Positions 58,727 through 64,000 of a stretch of DNA of 64,000 bases are shown piece after piece. The notes beneath the pieces were generated by a model. The model searched no databases. It saw nothing but the letters and a program-made list of their open reading frames with translations, and was not told the origin of the DNA. This stretch comes from Dehalococcoidia bacterium. GTDB taxonomy: Bacteria > Chloroflexota > Dehalococcoidia > Lucifugimonadales > UBA3495. The translations under genes were made by a program, and so were the position numbers. The DNA is taken from contig OZ247430.1 of NCBI GenBank assembly GCA_965232895.1, forward strand, positions 131,388 to 195,387. Direction: 5' to 3'. Numbering within the stretch: position 1 is the first letter of the stretch; each line of letters begins with the position of its first letter.

Positions 58727-59455
58727 ATGAACAGCAAACTCATACGGTCCGACGGCCGACGACCGGACCAGGCGCGCAACGTCAGCATCACTTCGGGATG
58801 CCAACCCTTTGCCGAAGGGTCCGCCATGATCGAAATGGGCAACACCGCAGTGCTGTGCGCTGCCTCCGTGGAGGAGCAGGTGCCCCGCTGGATGCAGGGG
58901 CGCGGCACCGGGTGGGTAACGGCGGAATACGACATGCTCCCCCGCGCCACGTCTTCCCGACGATCCCGCGACCGTGATTCCGGCAGAATCGCCAGCCGGT
59001 CCCAGGAGATCCAGCGCCTGATCGGCCGTTCGCTCCGGGCCGCCACCGACTTGCAAGCCCTCGGCGAGCGGGCAATCTACCTGGATTGCGACGTGCTCCA
59101 GGCTGACGGCGGCACGCGCACCGCCGCCATCACCGGCGCATTCGTGGCGCTCAGCCTGGCCCTGAACGGTTTGGTATCCGACCGGAAGCTGGAACGGGTC
59201 CCTTTGATTTGCTCCGTAGCCGCCATCAGCGTTGGGATTGCCGGCGACAGATTGCTTCTCGACTTGGATTACTCGGAAGACTCGGCTGCCGACGCCGACT
59301 TCAACATCGTGATGACCGACACCGGTTCGGTGGTTGAATTCCAGGGAACCGCGGAGGGCAGCCCGTTCCCCCGTCAGAGGGTCGGAGAAGCCTTGTCCCT
59401 GGCCGCGCGTGGCATGGAGCCGCTGTTTGCCGCGCAGCGTGCGGCGCTGCGGTGA
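58727..59455 (+). CDS. rph: ribonuclease PH
   Basis: Motifs RSDGRRPDQ, GSAMIEMGNTAVLCA, TAEYDMLPRAT and VLQADGGTRTAAITGA. Confidence 0.9.
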   Translation: MNSKLIRSDGRRPDQARNVSITSGCQPFAEGSAMIEMGNTAVLCAASVEEQVPRWMQGRGTGWVTAEYDMLPRATSSRRSRDRDSGRIASRSQEIQRLIGRSLRAATDLQALGERAIYLDCDVLQADGGTRTAAITGAFVALSLALNGLVSDRKLERVPLICSVAAISVGIAGDRLLLDLDYSEDSAADADFNIVMTDTGSVVEFQGTAEGSPFPRQRVGEALSLAARGMEPLFAAQRAALR

Positions 59456-59474
59456 TGCTATTGATCGCGTGGGA

Positions 59475-61910
59475 TTACGCTGACGGTTCAGTGTCGCCGC
59501 CGATGCGCAGCGATTCTATCAGCGGCAGCAGCGCCGGGCTGAGGTACCGCGTGACGCGATCAACGGTTTGAGGAATACCATCCGCGGATAGAGGCTCCGC
59601 GCTTTCGTCATGCCCAACGACCTTGTCGTTGCTTGCTTCTCCCCGGATGATTGCCAACGCCAGAAAGACCACCGCCGTAGCGAAAGCCTTGCGCACGATC
59701 TCAACGGGCCGGTCCTTGCTGCGGCTGTGATGGTGGATGTACTCATTGTCCGCGTTGACGTAGAAATCCCAAGCTTCCCTGGATGAATCGTTGGACGAAT
59801 CCGCTGCGATGCGAACTGCGGTTTTTGAGTCGAAAGGCCCCACAGGGTGTGCTGACCATTCATTTTCGTATATTTCGTGGATGTTTGGCGGAGCGACAGA
59901 GTCAGAACCGCGTTCGCGCCGGTTTCCACCTCCGCCGCCGGTTCGCTCGACTGGATCGATGATATTGACCCTGACCTGGCTTTCAAGATTATCAATTCGA
60001 CTTTCATCAGAGACGGCAACGGTGAAATCGAAACCGTCCCCGGGCTTGATCACGCCGGGCGGCAGTGAGCCGGTATTCCAGCGAAAACGGGCGATGCCGC
60101 CGTTGGGGCCGGTACGGTCCCAGTAATTGGTCCACTCCTCCCCTGATGAATTGGCTATTGACCACTTACCCGGGGAAACACTGCGGTCGAAATAGTTGTT
60201 TTCGGCGTCAGTGTCAAATTCCAAAGTCACGGTTCTGCCCGCGCCAACAGCCCATTCCGGGCGACGAGGTTTGAAAAACGTCGGGAACTGCCTGCCCGCA
60301 AACTGACCATCATCAACCGGGCGCGGGCCGCGTCCGGCGCGAACCACGATAGCTCCCTCCAGGAGGTATCGAGAAATATCCGGGTTGTTGGAGAGTATCT
60401 CTTTGAGCAACTCCATTCGGCCATCGTCATCTTCGTACTTTTTGGCGATTGCGGCCTCGCGTCGTTGCCTCTCCAATAGGCGAAGGGCCTCGCTATTATT
60501 CAATAGCTCTTCCAGTTTTCGCTCAATCTCTTCGGACAGCCTGGAGTCCGAGCGGAGGCGGTCTCTGCTGTTCATGAAGAGTTCTTCAAAATCGCGGCGG
60601 TCGATACTGCTGCAGTCAACCGTCACTAACAGGTCGTTGGCAAGATAGCTCTTGCGTACACTCTGACGGCTAAAAAAACGCGTTTGAAATGACGCATGCA
60701 GCTGACCGTTGTACAGAAATAGTACGCCATGTCGCGCGGTGCGGTGACTTTGATAAGCGTCCGGTTTGAAGGCAAAGATCCTGACCTTTACCTGGTGAGA
60801 ACCAATGCCTAAATCCGCGCTCTGCGGGAAGCCTTCTTCCAAATCCGAGGGGTTACGGTCAAGATCGGTCAATATTCCCCTGGCGCCGCGGAAATTTTCG
60901 TTGCCAACATAGCCGCGACACTCGTACAACTTGACCGGCAACGCCGGCTCCGCAAGCGCGATCTCCATACGTCTGACCAACCCGCTGCCATCACCGGGCA
61001 TGATTATGCTGGAGCTGGTCCCCTGCCAGCGATATTCGTACAACTTGACCAACGACCCGAACGCGGCCGGCCTGGCGTAAGCGCCAGACCGGGCGGGAAA
61101 GATGGGATAGGACTCTGACGGGAAAGACAGCACGCCGCCAGGTTTCGCAGCTCCCGCCCCTACGGGAGCGAGGTACTGAAACACGGAGCTGCGGGAATCA
61201 CTGGAAGGGTCGATCCGTCGGACGATGGTAAATCCCCATTCATGCGCCCGGGCCGGCGAGTGACCGTTCAACAATCCTGGATTGCGGCGCGAGATAATCA
61301 GTTGCAAGTTATGCTTTTCACTGCAATAGGGCAGTGCGCCGGTGGCGCCCATGTTGAATTTGCCCTGCACAAACCGGGTGCGGATTTTGTTATTGCGGTG
61401 CAAGGAAAGAAAGGTGTCGGGGAAATCATCAGGCGTTTGCCCTTCGCCCTGATCTGCAATGCTCAAACAAGGTCGGGCGTTGCTGCTGCCTCTACCTGCC
61501 GGTCGTGCCCCGGTAGCGCTAAGGGTGATGAAGTCGTCCTCCAAGTTGAGTTTGGCGTCAGTCCAATTGGACAGGCGTCCACTGCGGTCGGGATCGAACG
61601 GACCGCCGTCGCCGAAGTAGCTGTGCACCGCTTCGCGGATGGAACCGGGCGCATCTGACGATTCGGGGTCATCGCCACGCTCCAGGCAGGCGTTGGTCAG
61701 GCGGGCATCAATGGCGTTAACTATCTTTTCCACCAGGGCAGCGACCGCTTCACTTTGCTGGTTACCAATCGTTCCGTAGTTGTTATCCAAGTCTCCGTAA
61801 GAACGCCACGCCGTCACGTCGTCCCAATAGCCGGCGTCTTTCAAGGTTTTGACGACCGTATCTTCCGTGTCGGCGAGCAGAAGCTTGTCGCACAGTGATT
61901 TTGCGTCCAT
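59475..61910 (-). CDS. GHKL-superfamily ATPase with large uncharacterised C-terminal region (811 aa)
   Basis: Bergerat-fold motifs occur in order: EAVAALVEKIVNAIDA (ExxxNxxD), CLSIADQGEGQT (DxGxG) and VQGKFNMGATGAL (GxxGxG). The segment is lower in GC. Start at MDAKS (an alternative Met at 61976 would overlap the M16 gene). Confidence 0.65.
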   Translation of the reverse strand: MDAKSLCDKLLLADTEDTVVKTLKDAGYWDDVTAWRSYGDLDNNYGTIGNQQSEAVAALVEKIVNAIDARLTNACLERGDDPESSDAPGSIREAVHSYFGDGGPFDPDRSGRLSNWTDAKLNLEDDFITLSATGARPAGRGSSNARPCLSIADQGEGQTPDDFPDTFLSLHRNNKIRTRFVQGKFNMGATGALPYCSEKHNLQLIISRRNPGLLNGHSPARAHEWGFTIVRRIDPSSDSRSSVFQYLAPVGAGAAKPGGVLSFPSESYPIFPARSGAYARPAAFGSLVKLYEYRWQGTSSSIIMPGDGSGLVRRMEIALAEPALPVKLYECRGYVGNENFRGARGILTDLDRNPSDLEEGFPQSADLGIGSHQVKVRIFAFKPDAYQSHRTARHGVLFLYNGQLHASFQTRFFSRQSVRKSYLANDLLVTVDCSSIDRRDFEELFMNSRDRLRSDSRLSEEIERKLEELLNNSEALRLLERQRREAAIAKKYEDDDGRMELLKEILSNNPDISRYLLEGAIVVRAGRGPRPVDDGQFAGRQFPTFFKPRRPEWAVGAGRTVTLEFDTDAENNYFDRSVSPGKWSIANSSGEEWTNYWDRTGPNGGIARFRWNTGSLPPGVIKPGDGFDFTVAVSDESRIDNLESQVRVNIIDPVERTGGGGGNRRERGSDSVAPPNIHEIYENEWSAHPVGPFDSKTAVRIAADSSNDSSREAWDFYVNADNEYIHHHSRSKDRPVEIVRKAFATAVVFLALAIIRGEASNDKVVGHDESAEPLSADGIPQTVDRVTRYLSPALLPLIESLRIGGDTEPSA

Positions 61911-61950
61911 GGCAAGCGAGTCCCCATCGTGTTTTAGCAGTACGCGGATT

Positions 61951-64000
61951 TTAGCCCACCACCGCACCTTCCGCATCGAGCACCGTCAATCCGTAACCCA
62001 GCTCTCGCAGCGGCTTTTCTACGCGCTCCCGGTCACCCACAATCAAGACCCGAAGTCGGTCCGTTGACAGGTATTTGGCCCCCACCCGGTGAGTGTCCGC
62101 CAGGCTGACGCCGTCCAGTCGTTGCTCGAAAGTGCGGAAGTGGTCCGTCGGGAGGTCAAACTGGACCAGCGGGATCAGTTGGCCCAGCAACTGGGCGGGT
62201 CGTTCAAACCCGGACGGATAACCGAAACGCAACCCATTCTGCGCGTTTTCCAATTCTTCGGCAGTGAGCGGCCTTGCGCCGCTGATGTCCTTGAATTCCC
62301 GCAGCGTTTCCACCACCGCCTCCCGCGTGACCTCCGTCTGGACGCTCCCGCCGACAGACAACAGCGATGGGGCGTTGTACCACGAGATCCCCGAGTTGTA
62401 GCCGTAGGAATAGCCCTTGTCCTGCCGCAGGTTCTGGTTGAGGCGAGCGGAGAACTGTCCGCCGAAGGCATAGTTCAAAACGGACAGGGGCATGTGATCC
62501 GGGTCCCGGCGTTCCACCAGCGGCATGCCCGCCCGGATCACGGACTGCGCGGCGCCCGGTTTGTCGATGAGGAAAAGTCGCGGACCTTCGTTCGCCATTT
62601 CAGCCGCGACATCCACACTGGCGGCGCCGGCGGTTTCAGACGACCAATCACCGAAACACGCTTCGGCGGCAGTAACCGCTTCGTCCAGACCGACGTCGCC
62701 CGCCACCAGCAGGCACAGGCGGTCCGGCCGCAGCGCCTGGCGATATCGAGCGACCAGGTCATCCCGACCGGCGGTTGATACCGTAGCATCATTGCCCAGG
62801 TTGGAATGGGCGTAGGGAGACTGCGATCCGAAAATCAGGGCCCCATAGTTGGTGTCCGCCACGAACCCGGCATCGTCCCGGGCCCGGCGCAAGTCGGTCA
62901 ACCGCTCGCGCCGCACCCGCTCCAGCTCGTGGTCCGGGAAGCTGGCGTTGCGCGCCACATCGGCCGCCAGTCCCAGGGCGTGCGCCCAGTGCCGGTTCAG
63001 GGTCTCTGCGGTCAGCAACGTCACTTCCTTGCGCGCCTCCACCGAGAGCCTCGATCCGATATGCTCGAAAGCCGCCGCAATTTCCTGGCTGCTCCGGTTC
63101 GCGGTGCCTTCATCCATCAACGCCGCCATGAACGAAGTCAGGCCGGGCAGGCTCGTGGGATCTCCGATGGCGCCGGTCTTCGCCAGCAGCGCAAAGGTCA
63201 CCAACGGCGTTCCCGCCCTGGTGACGACGGTCACCTCCATCCCGTTGGACAGTCGAGCCCGTTCCGGCGCAGGAGGGACGAACGATGGCGTCGGGCCACC
63301 GGTGGGCTGCTGGGTCCGGTCGAGCGCTACGGTAGCGGCCCTCAGGGAGCGCTCCGGGTACACTCGCATCCGAACCTGCCCGGCTTCCATGAGCCGGTGG
63401 TGCGCCTTCATCACGTCGTCCAGGGTGACGCGGCGATATTGGTCCATCGCCCGGTTCAAACTGTCGGGGTCGCCGGTGAACACGTTGAAGTAGTTCAGGG
63501 CGTCAGCGCGGCCGCCGAAACCTCCCACCCGGGAGAGCGTCCGGTGATGCTGCATCTCGATGCGGTTGACGGCCCGCTCGAACTCCTCTTCCGTCGGCGG
63601 GTTGTCGGCGATGCCCGTCAGCACGGCCTCCGCTGCTTCCTCGACTTCGTCCAGCGTATGCCCCTCTGCCGGCGTCAGTTCCATGCGAAACTGGCCGGCG
63701 ATTTCCGCGGCGTGGTAACCCAATGAGGCGGACTGCGCGACCTGCTTTTCATAAACCAGCGTGCGGTACATCCGGCTGCTCTGCCCGTCGGACAGGATGG
63801 CGCGCAGGATGTCGCCCGCGTCGTCGTCGCCCGAGAAATTCGCCGGAGCCAACCACGCCGCGTAGATCCTGGGCAGCGTGACGCGATCGGTCATTTCCAG
63901 GTCCACGCGGCCCGATAGCAGCGAATCGGCCCTTTCGATGCGGCGCACGCTCGGCGCCGGGTCCAGGTCCGCGAAATAACGGTGCGCCAGGTCCAGCGCC
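61951..64000 (-). CDS. M16 (pitrilysin) family peptidase, N-terminus beyond window edge
   Basis: The frame stays open from 63948 to 64000 (…ALDLAHRYFADLDPAPS…). Contains M16 C-terminal-type domains followed by a second M16-like pair. Confidence 0.8.
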   Translation of the reverse strand, partial: ALDLAHRYFADLDPAPSVRRIERADSLLSGRVDLEMTDRVTLPRIYAAWLAPANFSGDDDAGDILRAILSDGQSSRMYRTLVYEKQVAQSASLGYHAAEIAGQFRMELTPAEGHTLDEVEEAAEAVLTGIADNPPTEEEFERAVNRIEMQHHRTLSRVGGFGGRADALNYFNVFTGDPDSLNRAMDQYRRVTLDDVMKAHHRLMEAGQVRMRVYPERSLRAATVALDRTQQPTGGPTPSFVPPAPERARLSNGMEVTVVTRAGTPLVTFALLAKTGAIGDPTSLPGLTSFMAALMDEGTANRSSQEIAAAFEHIGSRLSVEARKEVTLLTAETLNRHWAHALGLAADVARNASFPDHELERVRRERLTDLRRARDDAGFVADTNYGALIFGSQSPYAHSNLGNDATVSTAGRDDLVARYRQALRPDRLCLLVAGDVGLDEAVTAAEACFGDWSSETAGAASVDVAAEMANEGPRLFLIDKPGAAQSVIRAGMPLVERRDPDHMPLSVLNYAFGGQFSARLNQNLRQDKGYSYGYNSGISWYNAPSLLSVGGSVQTEVTREAVVETLREFKDISGARPLTAEELENAQNGLRFGYPSGFERPAQLLGQLIPLVQFDLPTDHFRTFEQRLDGVSLADTHRVGAKYLSTDRLRVLIVGDRERVEKPLRELGYGLTVLDAEGAVVG

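Overview
High-GC, gene-dense bacterial chromosomal window. Hand-counted backbone lines are about 65% G+C. All family calls come from motif recognition by eye and none is verified by search. The backbone is housekeeping: a Fur/Zur-headed metal-uptake operon (SBP, ATPase, permease and an MFS protein with a His/Asp-rich tail), panC, etfBA, an aldo/keto reductase, tag, tatD, a full suf operon (sufBCDS plus two sufU), ferritin, sucCD, pyrG, transaldolase, rho, a two-component system, dnaG-rpoD, glmU, rph and an M16 peptidase. The accessory content is more interesting. (i) A translationally coupled HAS-barrel-like protein plus HerA/FtsK-class ATPase pair has no recognisable nuclease or effector partner. 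(ii) There are three visibly lower-GC islets: a membrane-plus-soluble 2-gene cassette behind etfA; an AIPR (abortive infection) centred cluster with uncharacterised small partners, next to a PIN toxin-antitoxin cassette bracketed by a duplicated copy of the 3' end of the neighbouring DUF1802 gene; and a lone 811-aa GHKL-ATPase gene. (iii) Three tandem Uma2 endonuclease paralogues have near-identical first 137 nt but divergent cores. (iv) Unusual low-complexity coding includes a 38-nt poly(C) run and an 18 x 33-bp (11-residue) tandem-repeat membrane-anchored protein. (v) Several families of intergenic palindromic MITE/REP-like repeats occur, one of them inside the etfB-etfA junction. No rRNA, tRNA or CRISPR array was seen. 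Many long ORFs in the track are antisense shadows typical of high-GC DNA and were discarded.
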